Origin: a virus
Lineage: Duplodnaviria > Caudoviricetes
Strand: one strand, 5' to 3'
Virus record (IMG/VR): IMGVR_UViG_3300044898_000090
Coordinates: 1 to 60,343 of that record
DNA: 60,343 nucleotides
Shown: piece by piece, positions 1 through 9,888 of the stretch
How positions within the stretch are numbered: position 1 is the stretch's first letter
Layout: every line of letters begins with the position of its first letter
The notes under the pieces: model-generated
What the model was told of the DNA's origin: nothing
Database searches by the model: none
What the model saw: only the letters and a program-made list of their open reading frames with translations
Position numbers and translations under genes: made by a program

Positions 1-219
1 TCAGGCATCCCGGCCTCCGTGTGCGGACTCGTGTGCGGTCCGCGCGCTGGAGATGGTGACCCTGACGTTCTCCGGGTTCGGCGCCAGACGGACCGTGGCG
101 TTGACGTTCATCTCGTCGAGATCGGCGCCGACGAGCTCCACCTGGTCGATGCTGATGCGGTCGACCTTGTGCTGGCCAAACACCCACACGGCCCCGCGGA
201 TCAATGTAGGGAGGTTCAT
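1..219 (-). CDS. Hypothetical protein
   Basis: 72 aa, ATGA-coupled to the upstream ORF. Confidence 0.6.
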   Translation of the reverse strand: MNLPTLIRGAVWVFGQHKVDRISIDQVELVGADLDEMNVNATVRLAPNPENVRVTISSARTAHESAHGGRDA

Positions 220-512
220 GCGCTCTCGTCCTTCACGAGTGTCAGCGCGTCAAGCGCTCGCGCGACCGCTCGCCGTCGGACCTCGCCGATGTCGCCGTTT
301 TTATAGCCGTCCGGCTCCGTCGTGTTCATCTTGCCCTCGTCATAGTCCGCGAAGTTCACGCCCTCGTCGAACAGGGCTTCCAACGCCTTGGTCCGTGCGT
401 CGTCGCTCATTCGCGGCACGCTCCCATCGCGACGGTACCGGCGGCGCACCGGAACCCGTATGCGTCTTGACGCACTCGTCTCCTGCGCCTGCTCCACGTC
501 ATGCGCTCTCAC
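216..512 (-). CDS. Hypothetical protein
   Basis: ORF in the coupled operon; ends LVKDESA like the integrase; start uncertain. Confidence 0.55.
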   Translation of the reverse strand: MRAHDVEQAQETSASRRIRVPVRRRYRRDGSVPRMSDDARTKALEALFDEGVNFADYDEGKMNTTEPDGYKNGDIGEVRRRAVARALDALTLVKDESA

Positions 513-795
513 CCCGCGGCTCGTAGTGCTCCTCAGGGTTCTCGCGCCAAGCCTGTGCGATCCCAGCCAGTTCGCGGCCGGCCGTCAGCAGCTCCCAATC
601 ACCGCGGCAGCCGCAGTCGCACCCCGTGATGAGATCGCGCTTGAGCAGCTGCGAGAGCTTCGCCGCGACAACCTTGAACGGCACCGTCGGGAACGCCGCG
701 GCGATCTCGGTCGTGTTCGCCCAGTACCCCTTGGCGGCGGCGCAGCGCTCAGCCACGCGGAGCACCTCAGCGTCTGGGAGGTCTGACGCTTTCAC
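499..795 (-). CDS. Hypothetical winged-helix-like protein with GCDCGCRG motif
   Basis: GTG at 795 overlaps the integrase TGA. Confidence 0.7.
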   Translation of the reverse strand: MKASDLPDAEVLRVAERCAAAKGYWANTTEIAAAFPTVPFKVVAAKLSQLLKRDLITGCDCGCRGDWELLTAGRELAGIAQAWRENPEEHYEPRGESA

Positions 796-1883
796 GCGCT
801 CTCGTCCTTCACCAGGCGCAGCGGCTTCACGCGCCCGCTGTTCGCGTAGGCGGCGACGACCCGGTCGAGGGCCTTGTCCTTGTCGCGGTGACCGTAGAGC
901 CGGCGGACGAGCTCGCCGCCGTCTTCGTGGCCGAGCGCGATCGCGACATCCTCCGACGACATTTCGAGGACGTTCACCATGTACCAGCCCGCGAAGTGAC
1001 GGGTCGCCAGGTACAGGCTCTGCCTCCAGCCGACGGCGGCCCTGACCGGCTTCCAGTGGTAGGAGCGGGCGCTCGCGGTGAAGTGGTCGCCGCGGAGGTT
1101 GACGAAGCAGAACTCGCTCTCGCGAGGCAGCGACACGAGGGCCTCGCGCGCCGGCGCTGTCAGCGGCGCCTCGCGGGTCTTGCCGTTCTTCGGCGTCGTG
1201 AACTTCCCCACGCGGCTGTTGAACTGCTCGAGCACGTTGATCCGTGAGCGCTCGAAGTCGACGTTCTCCCAGCGCAGCGCGTCCAGCTCGGTCGGGCGGA
1301 TCCCGGTGAACGCCGCCACCTGCAGCCACGCCGCGAACGACGGGCTCGTCAACTCACGGGCATGGCCGACCATCGCCCACACAAGCTCCTCGCTCGGAGG
1401 CTGCTGGTCACGCCTACCGGAGCCCTTCGAGATGCCGAGGTTCGCGAACGGGTTGTGCCGCACGAGCCTGCCGCCTCTCGCCGACGCCGCCACGTTGAAC
1501 ATCGCGCGGAGCGCAGGCACCGTCCCATTGCGCCGGCCGCCGGCGAGCCACTCGGCTGCGACCAGGTCACCGACATGACCGATCGGCAGGTGGCCGTACT
1601 TCTCGACGAACGCCTTCGTGCGCTCCCGGTTGTGGAGCCACGTTGACTCCTTCGGCGGCGCGAACAGCGGGTCCGTCGTCCACCGCTCCCAGAAGTCACG
1701 GAGGGTCACGCCCGTCGACGTGCGCTCCGCTAGCGCTTCGCGGGCCCGGGCGCGCGCCTGCTTCGCCTCCGTCTTCGTCGCGAACGTCTTCGCGCCCTCC
1801 AGGACCTCGGACACGCTGACGTTGCGGCCCTCGTGGTACACCTGGGCGCGCCAGCGGCCGGACGGGAGCTTGGTGACGCTCAT
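792..1883 (-). CDS. int: Tyrosine integrase
   Basis: N-terminal GRWRAQV arm-binding-like segment; TGIRPTEL (R), TPKNGK (K), ATRH, LGH, RLYGH (Y). Confidence 0.93.
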   Translation of the reverse strand: MSVTKLPSGRWRAQVYHEGRNVSVSEVLEGAKTFATKTEAKQARARAREALAERTSTGVTLRDFWERWTTDPLFAPPKESTWLHNRERTKAFVEKYGHLPIGHVGDLVAAEWLAGGRRNGTVPALRAMFNVAASARGGRLVRHNPFANLGISKGSGRRDQQPPSEELVWAMVGHARELTSPSFAAWLQVAAFTGIRPTELDALRWENVDFERSRINVLEQFNSRVGKFTTPKNGKTREAPLTAPAREALVSLPRESEFCFVNLRGDHFTASARSYHWKPVRAAVGWRQSLYLATRHFAGWYMVNVLEMSSEDVAIALGHEDGGELVRRLYGHRDKDKALDRVVAAYANSGRVKPLRLVKDESA

Positions 1884-2107
1884 GTGAGTCTTCCGTGCGC
1901 ACGAAGGAACGGAACCACGATGTCCGAGATGTCGTCCTGCAGACCATCTATCGGCGGATCGACACACTCGTTGACCCTCGCGATTAGATCCAGCACCGGC
2001 GCGAGCTCAATCACCTCGACAGTCTCGTCCTCGGCCAGATCGGGGCCATCCCAGGCGGTCTCGTTGGTGTAGTCATATACCGTCTTGGCCAGCATCCAGG
2101 TTCTCAC
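1880..2107 (-). CDS. Hypothetical acidic protein between xis and int
   Basis: GTGA/ATGA coupling on both sides. Confidence 0.6.
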   Translation of the reverse strand: MRTWMLAKTVYDYTNETAWDGPDLAEDETVEVIELAPVLDLIARVNECVDPPIDGLQDDISDIVVPFLRAHGRLT

Positions 2108-2328
2108 GCCGCCGCCCTCCGCTCTTGCGCCCAGGCGATCGCCACGCTCGCCCGGAACCTGCGTGTCCGTCTCCCCCACGTCACCGATGGCATCCCCGCG
2201 CGGACCATGTTGTCGATCGTACCGACGCTCACACGCATGATGTCCGCCAGCTCCTGGCGGGTGACGTAGCGCTCGACCGGTTGGACCGGGAGACCGGAGA
2301 CCGTCGCGGTGTTCTCCTGGTCGCTCAC
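2104..2328 (-). CDS. xis: Excisionase / HTH_17-like DNA-binding protein
   Basis: YVTRQELADIMRVSVGTIDNMVRAGMP..GRRTRRF, upstream of int. Confidence 0.8.
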   Translation of the reverse strand: MSDQENTATVSGLPVQPVERYVTRQELADIMRVSVGTIDNMVRAGMPSVTWGRRTRRFRASVAIAWAQERRAAA

Positions 2329-2831
2329 AAGCCCACCCTCGTGCGTCCCTTGTTGACCGTCTTCGTCGGGGCGTTCGGGCATGCCGTCTCGCCGCACTCC
2401 GGACACCGCAGTTTGATCGTGCGCTCTCCCGGCCACAGCGCCAGCATCGACTCATACAGCAGATTGCCATAAAGTCCCTCGAACTCCGGCTCCGGCACGC
2501 GGCGCGCGGCGCGCTCCTCACAGGTGAGCGCCATCCACTCCTCGCGCTCTCGGGCTTTGGCTCGCTGGTCCGCTGCGTACTCCTCGCTCTTGCGGCGGCG
2601 GGCAGCGAGATCATCAGAACTCAGCAGCGCGTCGTTGATCCAGCCGTCGCAGTCGCCTCCGCCGCCCACGATCTCCAGCGCCGTGCCATCCGTGAAATGG
2701 AGGAGCAACCGGCTCCCATCAGCCTCCCCCGTGTGCGGGCTCGGCGCGTCGCGCTCAATCCTGTCGACAGCCTTCCCGGCGAGATAGAAGTTCCGTGGCC
2801 GGTCGCGGTAAAGGATCTCGTCGAGGCTCAC
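2325..2831 (-). CDS. Hypothetical protein with C-terminal CxxC
   Basis: 168 aa, coupled; RCPECG. Confidence 0.65.
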   Translation of the reverse strand: MSLDEILYRDRPRNFYLAGKAVDRIERDAPSPHTGEADGSRLLLHFTDGTALEIVGGGGDCDGWINDALLSSDDLAARRRKSEEYAADQRAKAREREEWMALTCEERAARRVPEPEFEGLYGNLLYESMLALWPGERTIKLRCPECGETACPNAPTKTVNKGRTRVGL

Positions 2832-3028
2832 GCGTACACCTTGCCGATCGCCTCGAAGGCCTCCTCGATCTCGTCACCCAGCGACGTCTTGCTCTTCACG
2901 AACTCCAGCAGCGCCAGGTCCGCGTTCCGGTGGTCGACGTCGCTGCCGCAGTCACCCCGCTCGATCTGACGCAGCCGCGACAGCAGACGCGGGCCCGTAT
3001 TGATCTCTTCGCGGTTCCAGTCGCTCAT
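2828..3028 (-). CDS. Hypothetical protein
   Basis: 66 aa, coupled. Confidence 0.65.
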   Translation of the reverse strand: MSDWNREEINTGPRLLSRLRQIERGDCGSDVDHRNADLALLEFVKSKTSLGDEIEEAFEAIGKVYA

Positions 3029-3321
3029 GCCTCAACCCCAACCGCGCGGGCGACCTCGACGCGCTCCTCGGCTTCCGCCTCACGGTCGTTGTCGTGCTCG
3101 CCGTCGCAGAGCACCCGGAAGTTGCCGGTGACGCCCTGGTCGGCGTGGATCGTGACGCCCGGCCAGATCGTCTCGCCCTCGTCGAGGCCCAGGCGGTCGA
3201 GGTCGAAGGGGTGCAGCGCCACACCGTAGGCCGGCGGGTGCGTCGGGTTCTCCCGATCGTGCGCGGCGACGCCAATCCGGAAGCGCTCGAGGTTCTTCGC
3301 GATCTTGGACGTGTCGACCAT
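3025..3321 (-). CDS. Hypothetical protein
   Basis: 98 aa, coupled. Confidence 0.65.
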   Translation of the reverse strand: MVDTSKIAKNLERFRIGVAAHDRENPTHPPAYGVALHPFDLDRLGLDEGETIWPGVTIHADQGVTGNFRVLCDGEHDNDREAEAEERVEVARAVGVEA

Positions 3322-3617
3322 CAGGACACGGGCCTATGACGCGGCGGCCGAGGCGGCTCAACGGGTCCCGGAGCCGGCGGAGGCGATGGGCCGTCGTTCT
3401 CCCTGGGGCATACCGTCAGACCGAGCGTAGAGACAGCAGAGCGAGCGAAGCGCCGCGAGATATTCTCGGCCGCATCGTCGCCGCCGAGCGTTCGCAGGCC
3501 AGCCGGGGACATCAGCCACTTGCACTCGTCATCCATCGCCCGGGCCACTTTCTCGAACTCGGCGGGAGAAACGGTGCTTGATCGCGACGCCATGTGGATC
3601 TTCGGCTGGTCGCTCAC
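3321..3617 (-). CDS. Hypothetical protein
   Basis: GTG coupled to the DUF1643 stop; Pro-rich tail. Confidence 0.5.
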   Translation of the reverse strand: MSDQPKIHMASRSSTVSPAEFEKVARAMDDECKWLMSPAGLRTLGGDDAAENISRRFARSAVSTLGLTVCPRENDGPSPPPAPGPVEPPRPPRHRPVS

Positions 3618-4126
3618 GCTGGGCTCCACGGCTCAAGCTCCGTGTCGGCACGCAGGTAGAGCGGGTGTCGTGGCTGGCCACTGTTGGTGACGCCGAGGCA
3701 CTGCAGCGTCTTTGGCCAGACGAGGCCTGGCATCGTGTTCGGCCGCTGCGTGTAGGGCTTTACTTTGGTCCCCCACGTACCCCAGGCAGCGACGATCACA
3801 CCCGCTGCAGCCGCCCAATTCAAGAGGACCGTGTCGTTATCGGGCCCAATCGGGTCAGCGGCGGTAAGCAGCCCGCCGGGGTCCGTCGAGCGGAGCGCGT
3901 ACATGTTCGTCATCACCAGGCCGCCATAGCCCCACTCGCGGGCGAAGCGGATGCAGCGCCGCACCGTCTGGTCGTCGACGGTCTCGTCGGCTGTCGACGG
4001 GTTCAGACCGATGAACATCGCCAGCGGCGTGCTCTCATCCCAGATTCGAGTCAGCGAATAGCGCCAAGTCCGACAGGGTGAGAACACCGCCGCGCTCCGC
4101 GTGTCCAGTTGGAGCTGGCTGCTCAC
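3614..4126 (-). CDS. DUF1643 family protein
   Basis: AVFSPCRTWRYSLTRIW..FIGLNPSTAD..D.TVRRC..AAWG..PRHPLY. Confidence 0.9.
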   Translation of the reverse strand: MSSQLQLDTRSAAVFSPCRTWRYSLTRIWDESTPLAMFIGLNPSTADETVDDQTVRRCIRFAREWGYGGLVMTNMYALRSTDPGGLLTAADPIGPDNDTVLLNWAAAAGVIVAAWGTWGTKVKPYTQRPNTMPGLVWPKTLQCLGVTNSGQPRHPLYLRADTELEPWSPA

Positions 4127-4460
4127 GCCGCGAGCTCCCGTGCCAGCCGGCGATCTTCGACGGCAGCGATGAGCGCCACCTTCTGACGCGGCGACAGCCC
4201 GTCAACGCGCTTGTTGGGGTTCACCCCGACACGGTTCAGCAGCTTGCCGACCTTCACCGCGCCCCAGCTGGGCTGTTCCACCATGATCTCCCACACCCGG
4301 GCGCTCGCGCACGCCGGGTCCGCGAGGCCCTCCATGAGCGACTTGACGCCGGCGCGCATTTCTCGCTTGACCTGCGCCTTGCCGCTCCGGATCCGGTTGG
4401 CCTTCCGAAGGGCGCTCATCCGCTGGTCGAGCGACCGGTCGGGCGATGTACCTGTCCGGT

Positions 4461-4464
<4 letters not shown>
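4123..4464 (-). CDS. mihF: Actinobacterial integration host factor (mIHF/MihF)-like H2TH protein
   Basis: RSLDQRMSALRKANRIR..AQVKREM..G..PSWGAVKVGKLL..GLSPRQ matches the mIHF pattern. Confidence 0.75.
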
Positions 4465-5405
<941 letters not shown>

Positions 5406-5431
5406 GACGTTCTCCTTCTGGTTGGTATTGA

Positions 5432-6532
5432 TCACGCTGCGAGCCCTTGCGCGCAGCGGCATTCGACGATCCGCACTGGCCTGCCGGCGACCTCCTCGAG
5501 CAGACGGCCAAAGCGGTCCTGCGTCCAGCGGCCCTGCTGCGGCGGACAGCCGAGCACGAGCCCGTCGGCGCTCGACTGGTGAAGATGCAACGGCCGGAGC
5601 CAGATCGTGGCGCCCTCGTCGCCGCCGGTGCGCTCGACGAGCTGGGCTGCGATCGGCGCCCACTCGGCGGCGAGCTCCGTGGCCAGCGGCTGGGCGACGA
5701 GGTCAGCCAGGTCGCTCTGCGGCGCGACGGTCTGACGGCGGAACGGGATCGGCGTCGTGTTCTCACGCTGGACGGCGCCGACGCTCTGCGCCTTGAGCCA
5801 CAGTTCGGTGAACCGCTTGCGGAGCTTGCCCGGGGACAGGACGTTGCGGCGCTCGAAGTCGTCGGTCTGACACCACTCGATGACGGCCGCGACTTCCTCC
5901 GCGCTGCGGCCGTCCCGGTCGACGAGGAGGCGGAGCGGGTCGAGCCACGTCCGGCTCTCGGGGGATAGGCTCGCCTTCGGGTCGTTCGCCCTGATCGCGT
6001 CCGCCAGCTGGTTGCTCAGATCGAGGAGATCCTGACGAGACTGGAGCGACGCAGTCGGTTCAGTCTCTTTCTTCGTTTTCTTCTCCTTCTTCTCCCCTTC
6101 TACAAGGGGTGCGTGCCCAGGGTCGGTACCTCCTACGTGCGCCCCGTCGGTAGGGGGTACGTGCCCCGCAATCCCACCAGGTACGTGCTCCGCGCACGCA
6201 CCCTCCTCCGGCGGGTCCGTCAACGTCCACGTGTTCGGCTGCCCGGCCTGCTTGCCGCTCTCGATCCTCACCAGGCCCAGCCGCTCCAGCTCCGGCGCAT
6301 AACGTTCGAACGCCTTGATCTCCACCATCCCCCGCCGGGCGATCTCCTCACGCGGCGTCGCGAACGACTCGCTGCGGGCGTCGTTCGCGCACTCCACCAG
6401 CGCCACATAGATCGAGAGCGCCGTCGGACCCCGCCGTTTGTCGAACCTGCCACGGATCGTCTCGATCGCAGCCTTCGTGACCATCACAAACGGCAGCCGT
6501 CGCTTGTCGCGAACCGTCACCGAGCCGCTCAT
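5432..6532 (-). CDS. Replication initiator (N-terminal wHTH, C-terminal DnaA_N-like domain)
   Basis: ALSIYVALV..IARRG HTH; VIEWCQTDDF..NVLSPGKLRKRF motif; C-terminal W..L....IWLRPL..LVLGCP..RW..RF. Confidence 0.8.
   Translation of the reverse strand: MSGSVTVRDKRRLPFVMVTKAAIETIRGRFDKRRGPTALSIYVALVECANDARSESFATPREEIARRGMVEIKAFERYAPELERLGLVRIESGKQAGQPNTWTLTDPPEEGACAEHVPGGIAGHVPPTDGAHVGGTDPGHAPLVEGEKKEKKTKKETEPTASLQSRQDLLDLSNQLADAIRANDPKASLSPESRTWLDPLRLLVDRDGRSAEEVAAVIEWCQTDDFERRNVLSPGKLRKRFTELWLKAQSVGAVQRENTTPIPFRRQTVAPQSDLADLVAQPLATELAAEWAPIAAQLVERTGGDEGATIWLRPLHLHQSSADGLVLGCPPQQGRWTQDRFGRLLEEVAGRPVRIVECRCAQGLAA
6064..6190. repeat. Putative replication origin: four T(A/G)CGTGC cores at 24-bp spacing plus a pyrimidine tract
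   Basis: Cores at 6110, 6134, 6158, 6182 inside rep; T/C-rich run 6064-6100. Confidence 0.6.
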
Positions 6533-6786
6533 GCGCCGTCACCATGAGCGCGCAGTGCCTCGGCGAGATCCCGGACCGCCCGGCCGCGCTTCTCGTTGAT
6601 GTGCGCGCTCCACCAGTCGTACACGAACCGCAGCCGGCCAAGGACGGGGATCCTGCCGATGCCGCAGCGGAACTCCTCGACGGCGTCGTCCAAGTTCTCA
6701 GCGAGACGCGCCCCACGCTCGAGATGCAAATCCGCCAGCTGCCGCTCCAGCAGCACAGCCTCGTCGGTCGATAGCCCCGACGTCAC
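6529..6786 (-). CDS. Hypothetical protein
   Basis: 85 aa, coupled. Confidence 0.6.
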   Translation of the reverse strand: MTSGLSTDEAVLLERQLADLHLERGARLAENLDDAVEEFRCGIGRIPVLGRLRFVYDWWSAHINEKRGRAVRDLAEALRAHGDGA

Positions 6787-7157
6787 GCGGCCCGCCTAAC
6801 CGGCCCGTAGTGCGAACAAAGGTCAAACAAGCGCGGCTGGTCGAAGCCCACAGGGACGCCAGGAGACTCTTCCGGCGCCCCGACCGCCGGCCTCCCATCC
6901 ACTGACGCCCCTGTCGACCCCGACAGCACAGGCTCCTCATGACCAAGCTCATACCGGCCACCAAGCTCACCAATCACATACCGGTGAGCGCGCAGCCGGC
7001 GGATCACATCCTCAGGCCACCGCGTCCCGGCCATGCTCGCCACTGTCTCGCGCGGCACACCCTCACCACAAGAGTCACGATCCTCACGCAGCGCCGCAAG
7101 GACATCGAGCTCGCGCAGGGTCAACACGATCGCGACGCCAGGGTCCCTAACCGGCAT
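6783..7157 (-). CDS. Hypothetical wHTH-like protein
   Basis: LTLRELDVL..ETVASMAG..VIRRLR..YVI. Confidence 0.5.
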   Translation of the reverse strand: MPVRDPGVAIVLTLRELDVLAALREDRDSCGEGVPRETVASMAGTRWPEDVIRRLRAHRYVIGELGGRYELGHEEPVLSGSTGASVDGRPAVGAPEESPGVPVGFDQPRLFDLCSHYGPVRRAA

Positions 7158-7437
7158 CGGCCTGCTCCAAGCACTCGTCGATTTGCAGCTCCGCGTGCGC
7201 ATCATCGACGTATGCGGCGTTGGCGTCGCGCTCGAGGATCGCTTCCGCGGCGTTGTAGAGGTAGCAGCGCGAGTCGGACTCGTCCCACTCGTCCACGCCG
7301 GTCTCCTCGCGCTGACGATCAAGCTCGGCGCGCGCAGCACGCGCCAGCGCCTGCAGCCGCCGCTCGGCGCGCTCGCGCCGCTCGACTTCTATACGCAGCG
7401 TGAGCAGCGCGCTGTCGCTCCCACCGGGATGCATCAT
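7147..7437 (-). CDS. Hypothetical protein
   Basis: 96 aa, coupled. Confidence 0.6.
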   Translation of the reverse strand: MMHPGGSDSALLTLRIEVERRERAERRLQALARAARAELDRQREETGVDEWDESDSRCYLYNAAEAILERDANAAYVDDAHAELQIDECLEQADAG

Positions 7438-7685
7438 TGGACGACCTCGGCATCCACCTCAGGCGGCTCGGTGAACACGAGGGCCAGCGGGATGCGCACG
7501 CGCAGCTCGGCGACCTGGCCCCTGTATTCGGTCGCACGGTCGTAGACCTCGGCCCGCGTCTCGGCGATGAAGGTGGCGTCGGAGCACTCCAAGTCGACGG
7601 TTTCCTGAAGCCACAGGTGGCCCTCATCCGAGCGCACGAAGAACAGCAGCAGCTCGCGACTGTCGCTTTGCCCTGTTGGTGTCAT
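7434..7685 (-). CDS. Hypothetical protein
   Basis: GGAGGAGG RBS before ATG 7685. Confidence 0.6.
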   Translation of the reverse strand: MTPTGQSDSRELLLFFVRSDEGHLWLQETVDLECSDATFIAETRAEVYDRATEYRGQVAELRVRIPLALVFTEPPEVDAEVVQ

Positions 7686-7852
7686 CGCGCTGTCCTCCTC
7701 CAGTGCGCTTCGACTTCCGCCGCCTTCACCCATAGCCGGCTGTTCGAGCCGATCCACTGGACGTACAGCCGGCCACGCTGCTTCTCGATCACCACGGCGT
7801 GGCTCTCGGCGACACGAACCATGTCGCCCGGCCTGACTCCGGCAAGCGTCAT
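7682..7852 (-). CDS. Small SH3/KOW-like protein (56 aa, below the ORF-track cutoff)
   Basis: MTLAGVRPGDMVRV..LYVQW..LWV; ATGA-coupled on both sides. Confidence 0.55.
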   Translation of the reverse strand: MTLAGVRPGDMVRVAESHAVVIEKQRGRLYVQWIGSNSRLWVKAAEVEAHWRRTAR

Positions 7853-8049
7853 CGTTGTCCAGCCTCACGTTTCGGGAATCTCACGCCGCTGCGAGCTCGC
7901 ACGGCCGGACCGAACGTGGCGGCGTGCGCCGGGGCCATTTCGCCCTCACGGTCGCGTTGCGCCAGCGCCCGGTCGCGCACGGAGTCCACGTCTTCACACG
8001 CCTCGAAGAACGCCTGGTCGTCGCGCCAGTCGCGGATCGCCGGTCTCAC
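7849..8049 (-). CDS. Hypothetical protein
   Basis: 66 aa, coupled. Confidence 0.5.
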   Translation of the reverse strand: MRPAIRDWRDDQAFFEACEDVDSVRDRALAQRDREGEMAPAHAATFGPAVRARSGVRFPKREAGQR

Positions 8050-8204
8050 AGGGCCTTCCCGTCCTGCTGGCGGAGCTGACGTTGACCGCGGCGCGTGACG
8101 GTGAGGAGCGCCGAGCGCCTGCTGCGCTTGCGGTCACCGTCGAGGGGGCGCATCTTGCGGACGCGACGCCGCGCGGCCTGTCCCTTCATGCGCGGCCCGG
8201 TCAT
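8046..8204 (-). CDS. Small basic protein
   Basis: Arg-rich, coupled. Confidence 0.45.
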   Translation of the reverse strand: MTGPRMKGQAARRRVRKMRPLDGDRKRSRRSALLTVTRRGQRQLRQQDGKAL

Positions 8205-8398
8205 GAGAGGCGCTCCCAGTTCAGCTCGAGCAGCTGGCGACGCCACCCGACCGACGCGGGGTCGCCGGGCAGGTCTACGGAGAGGCGAACCCAGTCGCCG
8301 TCGACGGCCGCGACGGTGGCCTCCTCGCCGGTGTGGCGGTTACGGACCTGGACGCCGACCTGGACGGCCGCGCGGTCGATGTTCGCCTTGATCGTCAC
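8201..8398 (-). CDS. Small SH3-like protein
   Basis: QVGVQVRNRHTGEEATVAAVDGDWVRL; coupled. Confidence 0.55.
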   Translation of the reverse strand: MTIKANIDRAAVQVGVQVRNRHTGEEATVAAVDGDWVRLSVDLPGDPASVGWRRQLLELNWERLS

Positions 8399-8862
8399 GT
8401 GACCTCTCCGGTGATGGACCGCATGGCGGTTGCGAGCCCAACCGCGCCGGCGGCCCATTCCTGGGCGTCACGCCAAGCGGGCTCGAGGTCGGCGAGCAGG
8501 TCGAGCTGGCCTTCGTCGAATAGCCGGTGGTGTGCGAAGCAGAGGGGGATGACGGCGCGCACGTCGTTCGCGGCGTCCTCTGTCATCTTGGGGTGCGACC
8601 GCGGGATCAGATGCGCGGGGTGGCAGTCGCCGGCGTGGCCGCGGCACGCGACGCATGCCTGCCCGGCGACGCGGTCTTTCTGCTCCTCGGTCGTGCGGCC
8701 GCAAGGGGTCCGTTTCAGCTTGCTGCCGCGCTTCATCTCCGCCCTCGCGAGCGGCGTCCGGCTCTTAGCGCGCGGCTCGGGCTTCGCGATCGGTGTCACG
8801 CCGCGCTTAGCCTGGTGCGACAGAGGCTCGCCCCCGAGGCGAAGATGGGGGTTCAACGTCAC
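8395..8862 (-). CDS. HNH-family zinc-binding nuclease
   Basis: CVAC..HPAHLIPRS..IPLCFAHHRLFD. Confidence 0.75.
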   Translation of the reverse strand: MTLNPHLRLGGEPLSHQAKRGVTPIAKPEPRAKSRTPLARAEMKRGSKLKRTPCGRTTEEQKDRVAGQACVACRGHAGDCHPAHLIPRSHPKMTEDAANDVRAVIPLCFAHHRLFDEGQLDLLADLEPAWRDAQEWAAGAVGLATAMRSITGEVT

Positions 8863-9242
8863 GCTGGCACCTCGGATATCACGCGGGCGTCAGCCAGAGC
8901 ATGCGCGAGCGACGCCGGCAGGTGCCCGCCGCGCCGTTGCTCCATCGACGCGACGAGTTCCCCAGCGAAATCCAGGTCACCGTCGAAGTGCGACGCGAGC
9001 GCAGCGACCGCACGGTCACGCTCGAAGTCACGGGCGGGCCCTTCGACCTTCGACCTTGCCTCCTCGAGCGTGTGCACGAGGCTCGCGGGGAGCTGCTCCG
9101 CCGGGACGGCCGACACGCGGCCGGGCCCGGGCTCGAACCCCGCGGCGAGCGCCAGGGCGCGCCACACCTTCACGCGCCCCATCGCCTCAGGCTTCGACTG
9201 GGCGATCACGTACACCTTGAACTCCGCGAGATACGCGTCCAT
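8859..9242 (-). CDS. Hypothetical protein
   Basis: GGAGG RBS before ATG 9242. Confidence 0.6.
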   Translation of the reverse strand: MDAYLAEFKVYVIAQSKPEAMGRVKVWRALALAAGFEPGPGRVSAVPAEQLPASLVHTLEEARSKVEGPARDFERDRAVAALASHFDGDLDFAGELVASMEQRRGGHLPASLAHALADARVISEVPA

Positions 9243-9706
9243 CAGATGCCCGCCCTCAGGTTGCGGACGCGTAGCGCGGCGTCGAACGCCTTCGTCACGC
9301 ACGCGAGCGTTTCGGCGATCGCCGCCGTCATCTCGCCGTCAGGATCCGCCTTGAGTATCTCCTGCTCAGCGGCCCATACCAGGTAGTTGCGGGCGTCCGC
9401 GAGCTCCTCGCGCACCTCCCGCGGGAAATCCCGGCCGTCACGGTCATGCACGGGACCGTCGCCTGCACGGGCCTCTGCGAACGTGACGAGCTGCTCAACC
9501 GTCCGCGCGTGAACGGACTCGCCCGCCTGCAGGGTCAGCATCCGCTCAAAGCTCACATCCCGCTGCACCCCCCGCCTTGGGGGACACCAGCTGGGGCTCG
9601 GCTGAGCGACGCTCGCGGAGACATGACCCGTGCGCGGACCACTCGACGCCGCCAGCCGCTCGGCGTGCGCGCCGACGCGCATGCGGCCCTTGCCCGGTCG
9701 GATCAT
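9242..9706 (-). CDS. MazG-like all-alpha NTP pyrophosphatase-like protein
   Basis: EVREELADARNYL motif; start may be 9556. Confidence 0.45.
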   Translation of the reverse strand: MIRPGKGRMRVGAHAERLAASSGPRTGHVSASVAQPSPSWCPPRRGVQRDVSFERMLTLQAGESVHARTVEQLVTFAEARAGDGPVHDRDGRDFPREVREELADARNYLVWAAEQEILKADPDGEMTAAIAETLACVTKAFDAALRVRNLRAGI

Positions 9707-9888
9707 GAGAGCAACGCCCGAATGACCGGGAATACGACCAAGAACATCGCGGCCATACCAGTGCCTGCGAGCACAGCGCCTCCCAGCGAATGGCCGGCCG
9801 TCTCGACAACAGACAGGACAACGCCCGTCGTGGCCCCCAGCGCCACAAGCCAATAACCGAACCACGCGGCCCTCCGCCAGTCGCTCAT
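9703..9888 (-). CDS. Small membrane protein (2 TM)
   Basis: Two hydrophobic stretches. Confidence 0.6.
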   Translation of the reverse strand: MSDWRRAAWFGYWLVALGATTGVVLSVVETAGHSLGGAVLAGTGMAAMFLVVFPVIRALLS

